In this document: in pieces, positions 13,770 to 26,752 of the stretch
How positions within the stretch are numbered: position 1 is the stretch's first letter
Layout: every line of letters starts with the position of its first letter
Assembly (NCBI GenBank): GCA_021613535.1
Contig: CP075495.1
Location: forward strand, 15,686,001 to 15,750,000
Length of the DNA stretch: 64,000 nt
Reading direction: 5' to 3'
Source: Adineta vaga
Taxonomy: Eukaryota; Animalia; Rotifera
Made by a program: the position numbers and the translations under genes
The notes under the pieces: generated by a model
Seen by the model: the letters and a program-made list of their open reading frames with translations, nothing else
Database searches by the model: none
What the model was told of the DNA's origin: nothing

Positions 13770-14913
13770 ATGTTATTAAATATTACATTAATTCTTGTTC
13801 AACAACATATCAATCATTATTTTTGTCCAATTCTGTTAATCTTTGGTGTTAGTGGATGTTTTTTTAATATAATACTTTTTTCTCAAAAACAATTTCGAAA
13901 TATTTCTTGTTGTTCATGTAAGTTTTTAATAATTCAAATAGATTTTATTTCAATTGAAAAATATTCTTTTTGTTTTTTTTCTTTTAGATTTTTTATTTGC
14001 ATCAATAACAATGATGTTTGTTCTATTAATTGGATTAGTTCCTCATGCATATTCAGCACATTATTTAAGTCTAACAGATCAAAAATCTATTGCTTGTAAA
14101 TTACGTGGTTATTTTGGACAAAGTTTTACAATGATATATCGTTGGTTAATGACAATGGCTTGTATTGATCGTTATTTTGCATCATCAACAAATGTTATTT
14201 TACGTAAATTAACAAATCAATATTTAGCTAATCGTATTATAATAATAGTAATTCTTCTATGGATGATATTACCATTACATAATTTATATTTTCTTGATAT
14301 AAAAGATGGTTTATGTAATATAATGAAAATAAATTTTGCACTTTATCATAGTTTATTTACACTTTGTTTTGGTGGACTTTTTCCTCCATTAATAATGATT
14401 ATATTTATTAAATTTATTCATTCAAATCTTCAATCAAAACAAAAACTTCGTCAAAGAAATTATTATTATTATATGAGAAAACATTCAACAGATCGTCTAT
14501 CAAATACACGTGATCATCAAGTACTTCTTATGTTATTTGTTCAAGTTGCATTTTATTTATTTACAACAATTCCTTGGATGATTTTTTTATTATATGGTGC
14601 TTTAACATATCAAATAGAAAAAGTATCAATTGAACAAAAACTAATTAAAAGATTTATTCGATATATAACTGAAATTCTTATATATATATATCCAACATTA
14701 TCATTTTATGTTTATACATTAACATCAAAAACATTTCGTAAAGAATTTAAGAATTTTATTTTTTCAATATTATTTAAGAGAAATCAACATCAAATTGTAA
14801 TAGGAAAAAAACAAGATCAATGGAAAAAAGGATATGAACAAACAAATAACAATTCTCTAATTGAAATGGATACTTTAGTCGAATTATCGGAAAAGAATTT
14901 TTCTTCTCAATAA
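13770..14913 (+). CDS. Orphan rhodopsin-like GPCR, 2 exons
   Basis: 7TM; CKLRGY, MACIDRYF, FYVYTLTSKTFRKE; intron 13918-13987. Confidence 0.88.
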
Positions 14914-15764
14914 AATAATGACACTTTTTTATTTTCAATTTTCTATAGATTTCGTTCGTTTTTGTACAAAAAATATGATATATGTATATAATCTCTTCAA
15001 ATATTAAAGTCTATTGATGTGCACTGACGATGTAGGGATATGACTACTAAGATAAATTCATACTTCACGTAAACCAACGAGAAAAAAAAAGGATTTTTAT
15101 CATACCTGAATAAACATTTTGTTATCCAAACGATCTTCACGCTTAGACATGGGATCGTAAAGAATGAACAAAGAAAAGTATTCTTTATAATCATGGTGTT
15201 TATACAAATGAATATCATTGGTTCTTCAAGTAAAAGTTATTGTTATTTTGATTGAAAGATAAATAGAAAAAGGTTAAACAGTTGAAATTATTTTTAAATC
15301 AATTGAATTGATTTTTATTGTTCATTTTTCACCTTAATAAAAATACAAATATATATCACAGACAAATTCAATGTCAAAATTAATTAATTCATAATTATAG
15401 ACATAAAATAATAAAATCAAATATAAACAATTGATTTGTTTTTAAAATTTTAATAAAATTAAAAATAATATTATTAAATTTAGAAGAAAAAGAAAATTTT
15501 AAAATCAATTTTATTCGTCGTTATTTGAATAACTTTATAGGTTCAACTGTACCTATCGGTACTTTTCTGAATGTTCTTTTTGACCTTTTCTTTTTTCTCT
15601 TTCATATGTTGTCTTTGTTTGACGAGAATATTTGATAAACAAAGAAACTTTAAACCAAATTAGTATTTTCAAATAAAAATGATTTTGGTAATATTTCTTC
15701 TCTATATTTGATTAAAAATTATTTACATATGAATTTTTCAAAAAGTCTATTTTAGATTAATATA

Positions 15765-16978
15765 ATGGAATTGTTTTTTAATAAAAATGAATCAAGAAAT
15801 TCCTTAGAAAAATGTCTTGTATGTGAAGATGATAATGCCAAGATGAATTATGGTGTTCGATGTTGTGATTCATGCAAAATCTTTTTTCGACGAAATGTTC
15901 ATTTGAATTTCGTTAGTAAATGATCTTTTTTCTTCAATTGATTTTGTTTTTCTTTCTTTATAGAATACAAATCAATGTAAATATAATGGAAATTGTTTAA
16001 TAACAAAATTAACTCGACATCAATGTCGAATTTGTCGATTGAACAAATGTTTAACAATTGGAATGAAAAAAGATCTTTTACGTTCTCCACATGGAAGTCA
16101 AAATGAAATGAAAATTAAACAAGAATATTCTTCAAGATTTCATATTCATTTACTTGAAAATAATCGATCAATTTTAACAGATAATCAATGGTCATTATTA
16201 TCAAATATAACAAATGCATTTAATGATTGTAATCCAATTGGTTATATTCGATATTTAATATCAAATCAATTACATTATCCACCAAAAATACGATTAAAAA
16301 TAGCAAATGATCATATTATGGATATTGTATATTCAATTTATGTTGTTATTGAATCATTTATGAAAATGATACCAGAATTTCTTAATATGAATATCAATGA
16401 TCAAACGACTTTAATTGAAAGAAATTTAAGAAATATTGGAGGATTTAATTATATTTTTATTATGCATGAAACAGATATTATCAATGATTTTGCTTATTCA
16501 AATAGTCTTATATCAATTTATGGATCTTTTTTATTTAATGAAACTTATAAACTTGTTCAAAATTTAGAAAATGATGGAACTTTAATTAAATTATTATTAA
16601 TTATTTTATCTTTTTCGACGTGTTCTGATGTTGTTCTTTTTCAATCAAATTCAAATCAATGTAATGAAATTTATTTAATAAATTTATTTCATTTATTAGA
16701 TTTGGTTTTTAGACAATAATTTAGTAAATTGTATTTTAATAAATACAAAAGAACTTTTTCAAATTCAAAATATTTATATTGAAATTATGTTTAAATATAT
16801 GATTTATCGATATGGTTATGAACAATCAACTTTACGTTTTGCTTCTCTTATTAAATCATTTCTTTATCAAAGTATTTTAACAGCAAATACAACAGATATT
16901 TCAATACATGAATTAATGATACAAACTGTTGTTGATAAAATTGAACAATCATTTATTCTAGAAGATTCAATTGTATGA
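15765..16978 (+). CDS. Nuclear hormone receptor (C4 zinc fingers + LBD), 3 exons
   Basis: CLVCEDDNAKMNYGVRCCDSCKIFFRR and CKYNGNCLITKLTRHQCRICRLNKCLTIGM; LBD signature FMKMIPEFLNMNINDQTTLI; introns 15912-15963 and 16661-16712. Confidence 0.9.
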
Positions 16979-17289
16979 TATAATGACATGTGATTTATTT
17001 TTTATATTCTTATGTATTCGTTCAAGTTTAATAAAAATCTTGTTTGTTTTTTTTGAAATAAATAAAGAAACTTTTCCAGAACATTAAAGAATAAATAAAT
17101 TTGAAATTCGTGTGAAAGTATAACTATCATTTATTAATAAACAAAAAAAGCAAAATTTATATTCATAAATAATTCCATCTGCCTATTTGGATTTTAAGTT
17201 CGAAGAAAAAAAAATGAACAAGAAGAAAAATACATTCTTCTTTTCTCAATAAAAAGAATAATTATTCATCTAAACTATCGTCCTAATCA

Positions 17290-17780
17290 TCTGCATGGGA
17301 ATGATGAAGATCTTTTATTTCATTTTTTTCTTCTTTAAATGTAATTAAACTTGCTTGAATAGTTTTTTCAATATTATCCACTTGTTGTCCATTGTCTTGA
17401 TATTGTTTCCCTTCGATGATTTTCATGTCTTTTTGATCGAATATGTTTAATTAAACGATATGTTCCATATTGTATGACATAAGAGAGGTTTATTAGGATA
17501 TAAATTAGTTATATTTACATCCTAATGGTGAATATTAACTTTCATATGAACCAAAGGATTTAAATTCTAATCTTCTTCGATCACAATTATAAAAAATCAT
17601 ATGTGAACAATCACCATTTCGTGAAATATAAACCTAAAGAAAAACATTTGAATTCAAAAGATTTTTTTATCGATTTTCTTAAACTAACTTTACAACGTGT
17701 ACATTTTTGTGCGTTATGTTGATTTTGATTAATTTATTGAGTCCATAAATGAAAGATTTTTTCATATTGTTTTATAGAAT
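17290..17780 (-). pseudogene. Decayed partial tandem copy of the RNF217-like gene
   Basis: Aligns by eye with 18.38-18.95 kb (e.g. tttttgatcgaatatgtttaattaaacgatatgttccata, caccatttcgtgaaatataaacctaaa) with deletions. Confidence 0.75.
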
Positions 17781-18281
17781 AAGAAGAATTTTTTCAATCT
17801 TTTCAATGAATCAACTGAATATGAGAAATTTCAATGAATATGAATTTGTTCAGTTAAATCATTTAAAATCCCAGCAGTAATTCAGCGAATAGGTGGAGTC
17901 ATGTAATTTATCACTGATGCGTTATCTATATATCTATTCTATTCTATTCTATTCTATAGGTTCTATCTATTTACTAAAGTAGTTCGGTACTCATTCAATA
18001 ATGATCGATTATTTCCGTGAACGAAATAAATATTCGAAATTAATTCAAACTAACTGATATATTTTTCACGTCCATGAAAACCTCCATCATTAATCTATAG
18101 TTTCTTTTGATTTCTCTCTTTTTCGAAACTTTTTCGTTTAATTTAGTATTTCGTCTGACTATTTAAGATTTTAAATTGAAAGTCAAGATATAGATTACAA
18201 TAATTATGATACAACAAACAAATGGATATCAAATGTCTTTTATATACATTTCTTTCTCCTCTGATAAAACTAAATTTGTAA

Positions 18282-19260
18282 TTATTCATCAAAACTATTA
18301 TGATCATTATCATCTTCATATAGATTATTTTGATAAGATGTATTTTCTCTTCGAATGATTTCTTCACGAAATATAACTAAACTTGCTTGAATAGCTCTTT
18401 CAATATCATCAACTTCCATATTTTGTTCATTAATACCATTGACATAGGTTGAAACGCTATATCTCTTGTTGTCCATTGTCTTGATATTGTTTCCCTTTGA
18501 TGATGTTCATATCTTTTTGATCGAATATGTTTAATTAAACGATATGTTCCATAACTTGGTACAGCAATTCTTGTTCCTACAGCTACAGTTACCACAGCAC
18601 CAACGATTGCAATTGGTATTGCTAATGTTGTAATACCAGTAACTAATCCACGTATTGTATGTATGACGTAAAAGAGGTTTATTAGGATATAAATTATATT
18701 AACATCTATAATGGTGAATATCGACTTTCACGTGAACCAAAGAATTTACAAGTTAATCTTCTTCGACCACAATTATAACTAAAATCACATTGACATTTTG
18801 AACAAATCATATGTGGACAACCACCATTTCGTGAAATATAAACCTAAAAATAAAGACAATCTTTTTCTGTCTTGTTTTCTTTTCGCATCATCAAATTTAC
18901 TTTACAACGAGGACATTTTTGTGCATTTTGTTGATTTTGATCTCTTTGTTCAGCCCACACTCGAAACATTTTTTCACCTTTTTGAAACTGTTTACAAGAC
19001 ATTTTGTCATGCCAAGGCGAATGACAAAAGAAACATCATTCAAATTGACATTCATCACAAAGAACTTTTCGTGGAATTCTCTTCTTCCATCGACTACCTT
19101 CAACTAAATCTTTATTAATTTCTTTAATTGAACAACATTTTGGAGACGTTTTTATATGTGATTCACTATTAAAATTTAGATAAAATTGTTTATAACGGAC
19201 GATGAACAACATTTTGATGAGTAGTTGAAACTTCTTCAAGACATATTTGACATTCAATTA
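18282..19260 (-). pseudogene. RBR E3 ubiquitin ligase (RNF217-like), disrupted
   Basis: IBR VLCDECQFE*CFFCHSPWH has TGA at the Trp; RING2 AQKCPRCK|VYISRNGGCPHMICSKCQCDFSYNC; C-terminal TM; RING1 largely deleted; further stops and frameshifts. Confidence 0.8.
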
Positions 19261-20460
19261 TTTGATCAGATTATAGACACAGATCTTAATGGAAATGGTT
19301 TAGAAAATTCAAATACAGTATCTTTTAGAATCTTCAATTATCTCTTATTAAAAGACTTTTTGTATTGCACAATATATTGTAATTTATGCACAGATTTGTT
19401 TTACAATATTTCTTATAAATTGTTATTTTATCGATGAGATTTGAAAACAAAAAAGTGGGAAAATCCGATGGTAAAAGATGGATAGAACTAGAGAAACGAA
19501 AGAATTAAATGGACGGTAGAAAAAGACGAACAATGTGAAATGCGTTTTTTCGTTTTCTTCTTCAACAATTCTTTGTTATACAAAACGTCATTTTAAAATA
19601 AACAATATTTTCCATTTTCAAATTTATCATGACTACTACAGGAAATGAAAAGAAAAAACTTAGCTTTTTCTTTCAAATTTTTCATCAATGTTTAAAAGAA
19701 GAAGGAATCAATCCAGTATCAAAGGAATAAGTAAGTGAATAAGCAAAACTAATATAAATTCTTTTTCATGATTTCTAGAAAGATTCAGTGATTACTCAAC
19801 TTGCTGAAGCATCTAGTTTTGACTGTCGTATAAATTACAGGTATGGTGTTGAATTCTTCTTAAAAATGAAGCGAGTTAACGATTTCTACACTACTTAAGT
19901 GATATTAAATATCTATGGTTTCTTGAATACAATTTCAATTGATTTTGTGTATGATGGTTCCATACTTATTTTGATTACTACTTCCGTTACATTGGCTGTT
20001 ATATTAATTGTTTCTTTACAAATTATTTTAAGAAGACTACTTTCGGATGGACTTCAGAACTGAGAACTCAGTCATCTTAATGAAGATAGCAGAGATTTTC
20101 CGTGCTAATTGAAGATGAAAGGTGTGGGGTGAACACTAGCTACTCATATAAACCGACACCCTCATACACAGCGACGCCATCATAATTTAGAAGTTGAATA
20201 GTTTAATGCTCGAATCGAATTAACGATTTCTACACTACTCATAATATGCAATCATCTAAACGATCTGAGCTGTTCGATATTTTTGTTCTTGACTCAATAA
20301 TTATCTTTGTATTTAAGCTTGTAATGATTTTCTCATTGATTTCACAAAGAAATTTTTATTTAAAAAATAAAATTCATATTAGTATTAGAATGAATACTAT
20401 CTCATAATAAAAGAAAATAAGACTTGAATATTGTGTCATGGAATATATTGTCAGTATTTG

Positions 20461-21160
20461 TCACAGATCATTTTGTTGATCTAAATCAACGTTTAAACTA
20501 AAATATCTGATATGAATAAAGATGAAATCTAACCTTTTTTCATTTCTTTGTTCAGTCACATCTCGTAGAGCTTTCGTTCGTTTATGATCGATATCTTTAT
20601 AATTTGCACGACAATCAATGACTGGAATTTCAAATACTCGTGGTTTTCCTATTACTGGTTGTACATATTTAAGATCAGGAATGTTTTGCATAACTTCACT
20701 TGGATTAAAATAACAATCAGATAAAGAACCTTATTATAAAAAGTATTCAATAAAATTCTTTTTTTTTCGGAAAACAAATACACTTACTACGATCTGATGA
20801 TGATGTCGTATTCTGGTTAACAGATTGAGAGAGAGTTCCAGAAGCCATCATTGGAAAGTAATCTACATCTGAATAAGATTGATTTTCTATTGGAGAAGAA
20901 GTATCAAGTACATTGAGAGTTGAAGATGATTTTATTGTATTTTTCTTTTTTTTTTTTTGTTTTTTCTTTCCATTATTATCAATACTTAATTCGTCGTTCG
21001 ATTGACTTCGATTTATATGAGAATCATCCTTTTAAATACGAAAAGTAAATGGAACATACTTCTTAAAACATCATTTCAATACTTTATTCGATTTGACATG
21101 TTGGAGATGTTCATCACTTCGATCTTTCGATGGTAGTCTTTTACGTATAAACGACAACAT
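20461..21160 (-). CDS. Hypothetical protein, 4 exons
   Basis: MLSFIRKRLPSKDRS... can be spliced through canonical short GT-AG introns into one open frame ending LNVDLDQQNDL*; no recognisable domain. Confidence 0.6.
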
Positions 21161-21859
21161 TATCCAAAAAGAAATGTCCCCTGAGTTCTAATGTATTTTC
21201 AATCCTTTACGTTTTTTATGAAGAATGAGTCATCACAACCAATCGAATCACATTCCAACTTTTACTTTTGCAAAATCCATGAAATGTTTGACATGTGTAT
21301 CAAAAGAAAGGTAACATATTTAATAAGACTACGTACAAACAAACTCATCTGTCTCGACATGTTTTATATATCACTTCCTTTTTTAGAATTCAACGGTTAT
21401 AATCACTTTATTTGAAAAATTATGATATTTTAATCGTATGTCATTCCATTGTTGGAAAATTGATGCAAATGCATGTAAATAAATAAAAAATTACAACGAT
21501 TCATAATCTTCCAATTCGATCGAAAAGTGAAAGACATAAAGTGTTCAAACTGTTGCGATAAAATTGAAGAGAAAGCTATCCGAAAAATGAATCTTTTATA
21601 ATTGGTGTATTATCAATCATTCACATTAATTCTACTGTCAACAACTTTTAAGAAAAGATAATATATGATTTTCTAAATGATAGTATTTTAAATAAAAAAT
21701 TTCTTGAAAAATAATTTTCATAAAGCTATAAGATTAATCAACAATAGATGTCGCTCTTGTAACTTATTTGTTTTTGTATGTGTTTATTTCATATGAAGAA
21801 AAGACTGAGTTGTAAAGTAATTCTGATTGATAAAAATATAATTGTATTTCTTTTTGTAG

Positions 21860-22872
21860 ATGTTAACTAAATTCATTCGTCCTGTTGTACCTAATGGTAT
21901 TTCATCATCATTGATCTTCAATCGATCATTATCCATCTCAAATAGATTCTTCCAAAGTACAACTTCAAAATCATCGAAAACAAGTTGGTTTCGAATCATT
22001 CTTTTTCTTTTCTAATTGAAATTTTTTTAGATGAAAAATCCTTAGTTGAACAAAATAAACAAGAAAAAGTTTTACGTGTTGAAGATTCATTAAAAGATTT
22101 ATCATCAGTTCAATGGCGAACAGAACATAATGGAAAACGTTTATGGCCACATGATCAATGGCCTGAACGTGATTTAGTTAATTATCCACCATATAAATTA
22201 CGTGAAACACCAAATCCAGTTCGTTGGTATTGTGTACCTGAATCATGGTTCAAATTTTTCCATGAAAAAACTGGTGTTACTGGACCATATATGTTTTTCT
22301 ATGGTTTACTTGTCTATGGATTTAGTAAAGAATATATTGTTTTATGGTATGATTTCACTGAATATCTTATATTAGCTGCTGCTGTTATTACTGTTGTTAA
22401 AAAGTAAATCATCCTTTTTATAAGAATTTTATTTGTAAGAAGTAAATTATTTGAATTTAGACTTGGTCCAACAGTTGGTGATGTTTTTCGAGGTTGGCAT
22501 AAAGAAGAAGTTGATCGATATACATCAGTAGTCAGTAATTCCAAAGCAATGGCTGGAAAAATGTTACATGGTTATGAAGAATCATTAACACGTGCTAAAG
22601 GTGTTGGACAATTAGCTGATGCACGAAAAGATATCGTTAGTATGGCACTTGAAACAGCATATCGTGATCGAATGAGACAAATGTATGAAGCTGTTAAACG
22701 TCGATTAGATTATCAAGTTGCTTTACAAAATGCACGAAAAGATTTTGAAAGAACAAATATGATTAATTGGATTACAAGTGAAGTTAAGAAATCAATTACA
22801 GCAAAACAAGAACAAGATGCTTTACAATCATGTCTTAATCAACTACGACAAATTGCTTCACACTCAACATAA
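21860..22872 (+). CDS. ATP5PB: Mitochondrial ATP synthase peripheral stalk subunit b, 3 exons
   Basis: Arg/Ser-rich presequence; VPESWFKFFHEKTGVTGPYMF, SKEYIV, ALETAYRDR..VKRRLDYQ, QEQDALQSCLNQL; introns 21984-22030 and 22404-22460. Confidence 0.93.
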
Positions 22873-23460
22873 ATCATTATTTATTCAAACATCATGAAAG
22901 ACATTCCTTCATCCATATTGATTTAGTAGAATTTCTTTCACTCCTTTAATCCTCTTTTTTTCCGAATTCTAGTGTTAAATAACACCAACAAAAAAACAAG
23001 TAGAAACGATGTTTAGTATTTTTCCTTCGATCATTCGTTCGTTCGTTTTTTAATTTTTTTTTCGAAAGATCTTGTAAAAAAGAAAGAAAGAATACACTAG
23101 TAATTTCATATTAACTCAAATGTTGATTTTGATAGATTAATCTGAGAAAGAATGAATCATCTATACAGTAAGTCTTCTAAAATTCAAACAAAGCAACAAC
23201 TCACAAGATATACTGATTTTGTATTTTATTAATATTAAGTAAAGACTTCTTCGACAGATAATAACAATTCATTTATTATGACAAGTCAATCTGAAATATT
23301 ATCAAATAGAAATATTAATAACACATTTCAATCGCAAAGGAAATACCTTTCGTGATTATATACAACAAAATCTTTATTATAATGATATACTGATAATTAT
23401 ACGACAATATTAAGGACATTGTTACAAAAAGAAACCATATTCTAGAATGCACTCAATTAT

Positions 23461-24426
23461 TCATTTACATAAAATAATTTTCTTCATTTCACTTCGGAAT
23501 GGTTTTGATATAATTAAATTTGTATAACAATTAATATAGAATGGAATACCAGCAAGAAAAAGAAATATATTTGTAAGACAACTTTGTATTTGTGCTTGTT
23601 CAAGAGTTACAACATATTTTATTGTGATTTGTTGATACATAAGAAAACTTGCAAAGAGAAAACTAAATGGTGTATAAATAATAATATCCATAATTAATAT
23701 TAAAGCTAATTGTCGATTTTTTGATGAAGTAGAACGTATATCATTATTATCAACAATAGTTTTACTTGCCGAAGAATCAGGAGCAACTCGAACACGTTTT
23801 AAACTTCGAATATTTTTGATTGCCCATAATCCAAAAATGATCATCAATGAAAGTACTAAAATTTCCTTAATAACAGCATAATAACCTACAAAAGTGAGTG
23901 GAATACCAGACTGAAAATAACAAAATGCTATTGTTGGACTATATTGTGTAATATTTGCAGAAATAATTGCATGTATATGAAATAAAATCCAAAATATTGT
24001 TCCAATTATAACAGATAAATAAGATAAACGAAGAGTACTTCGTCGTCTTGTATTTGCATTTGATGATGTTACTAAAACACGATCAATTGAAGCTAAGATT
24101 AAATAATATGGACTTAAAATATTAAATAAAACTGTTATATAAAGACGTAAACGACAAAGATTCCAATTTTTTGCACTTGGATCATATTTATATCCAACTT
24201 CTAATGTTGAAGAAAATAATGAAACATAAATATAAACGAAATTAGACAAATTATATGAAATTAAATAAATTGAACAGGGATTTTTTCGTAAAAGTTTTTT
24301 TGTAAATATAATTAAATTTAAGATACAACCTAAAGTACCGATTACAATTAATACTGAACCAGCAAATCGATACAAATACGTCTGTGCTACTAATAGTTCA
24401 GCAAGTTTATTACTCGATGTAGACAT
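23461..24426 (-). CDS. Orphan rhodopsin-like GPCR (intronless, 321 aa)
   Basis: 7TM; RKNPCSIY, CRLRLY, LASIDRVL, SKPFRSEMKK. Confidence 0.88.
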   Translation of the reverse strand: MSTSSNKLAELLVAQTYLYRFAGSVLIVIGTLGCILNLIIFTKKLLRKNPCSIYLISYNLSNFVYIYVSLFSSTLEVGYKYDPSAKNWNLCRLRLYITVLFNILSPYYLILASIDRVLVTSSNANTRRRSTLRLSYLSVIIGTIFWILFHIHAIISANITQYSPTIAFCYFQSGIPLTFVGYYAVIKEILVLSLMIIFGLWAIKNIRSLKRVRVAPDSSASKTIVDNNDIRSTSSKNRQLALILIMDIIIYTPFSFLFASFLMYQQITIKYVVTLEQAQIQSCLTNIFLFLAGIPFYINCYTNLIISKPFRSEMKKIILCK

Positions 24427-25814
24427 TACAATATGAAATTTTGAAAAGTTCTCTAAAAAAAGACATACTACCTATGTTGAATCATTCATTCTAATTAAAA
24501 TAGAAAAAAAAGAAATTATAATACACGTTTTCTTTTTGAACAGACTATTTAAAAAGAAACAATGAGATTCTATATAAACTCTTTTTTTCTTTAGTCTTTT
24601 TTTTTTCAAAAGAAAAAGAAGAAAACAATGAAAGATTCAAGAAGTAATACATGAGAAATTACTGAAGTATAATGTTGTTTATTATTTATTAATAATATAT
24701 TCTTTGAAAATTATGTAGGAAAACAACGAGAAACATGATTACTACTAATGAATTAGCATTTCTCGTTAACTAGTATTATACATTTTGTTCTATCCTATTT
24801 TTGAGAATATACACTTAAATGTGTCATTTTCTTCGTTAATATCGAATGAGAACTATCCATGCAGAAATTCGTTAAAACTTATTACCTTACTTCTGGTCAT
24901 AATGAAAATATGTTAAAATCATGTTCTCTAAAGAGTTGTTATACAAGTACACATGACTATCTTGAATTCTTTATCATATGACTAAACTATGAAAATCAAT
25001 GAAGTATAATATCATGTCATTAGAAGATGATATTGTCAAATTAAAAACAAAAGTGATTTTCACGATTTATTCTACAAAACTTCACCAATAAAAGTTTTCA
25101 AAAAATAATCCGTTTGGTTTTAGGCCGAACATTGATATCGTACCTCATCAGGGACGAAATTCCAAATACTAGCTATGATTAAATCATACTGTAGTCAAGT
25201 AGGTAATCGACAAGTAACGTTCATCGGAAGTCGACTCACTCGATCCTAGCCTGTCACAATTTACCTGCAGATATAGTCCTATTTATATATAACTGACAGC
25301 TAATCGAGACTGTTTAAAAACTGAAACATATATTTTACTGATTTTTGAGGCAAGATATTCCACTCCTTTTTATTAAAAAAAGGTGTTCAGCACAACCCTT
25401 CTGAGACTAAAATATGGAACTCATATAGCTCATTCGCGATGATTGTAAGTTTCTATTGGAACTTCGTCTATAGTGAAAATTTGCTGTAAGGATGGGTGTG
25501 GATACGGAGGAGATTAGTTGGATAGTTGAATTCAACTTTCAAGTTTGACACTACTGCACTATTGATGATTAGAGTGAACTGGTTAATCTTAATATTCCCT
25601 TTCATCCTCCTCGTCCATATACGCTCAAGATGATGATGAGCTATTTGCAGTGTCTGAAATAATCGAGTGTTGATTGCATATTCAACTGTAAGGAACATAT
25701 CTGTGATAATTATAAAGAAGAATGAATGCGAAAATTATTATTACAATAATAAACTGGTAATTTTAATAATATAGTACAAAGTTGACAAAAATAAAATGTT
25801 TTTGAAATAACTAA

Positions 25815-26100
25815 CTTGTAAACGATTGTTTGGATTGATAATCTTACCGGTAATTGCTTGTTGATCATTTGAATTTGAATTTGAATTTGAATTCTGATTA
25901 ATTAATCTTAAACATTCACCTGTTTTAACAATCCAAACATAAACACAACCATCAGCAATTGTAAAGACACATCTAAATAAATTGTTTTCCATTTATTTTA
26001 TTTTATTTCCAAATATTACTTTGAATTTGATCAGATTAATGAAAAATATTTCCTTTACTTTGACGCATAGATTATACCATCGAAATTTTGATAACTTCAT
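25815..26100 (-). pseudogene. 5' fragment of a WDR75/UTP17-like WD40 gene
   Basis: SNSK|CVFTIADGCVYVWIVKTGECLRLI...AITGKIINPNNRLQ resembles the WDR75 N-terminus (recalled as VYSTVTEECVHIL...VTGIQLNPNNHLQ); exon 1 has a stop/frameshift and no downstream exons were found. Confidence 0.55.
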
Positions 26101-26752
26101 GTTTAAACTATTTTTCGTTTTTTTTTCTTTCAAAGATAAGGAAGAGTTATGTTCTTTTATCTTCTTATAAATAACAAGTAACGCTCATCCGCAGGATTCG
26201 CTGACCCCTCTCTGAAAGAACTATAATGATGATTAACGTATCGATATTCTTTAAAAAACTCTCTTAAAGAGAAGAAACACTGGTCAAAATTTCTTTTCTT
26301 GATTTTATGTTTTGATTTTGTTCAGCATCATTGAAAATCTCGAGATCCACATTTTAGCGCATCTGGTTGAACGAATAAAAAAATACATCAATTTTACTGA
26401 CAACCACTCCCGAAACTATTTTGAGATTTCTCAAAAAATATAGCTAAAAAGAACGCTCATAAAATTTGCAGCTTCCGACGGAAATTCTACTGACGGAATC
26501 CAATACAGATCCGTCACCAGGAATCCGATACGATTTTGTCGGAACGTTGGATCCTATAAGATCCTATCGGATTTGTCGACCTGGAAAGAGCTTTATGAAA
26601 TTATTCGTTTAATATACTAAAAGATACAGCATCGAAAACTGAACAAAATTCTCTATTTAGATATTCTCGTTCTGTCGACCGATCGGTACTAGTCGAACAT
26701 TAAAAATACGTAAATTTGATAAATATAATGATATTAATTGTTTCTATCTATT

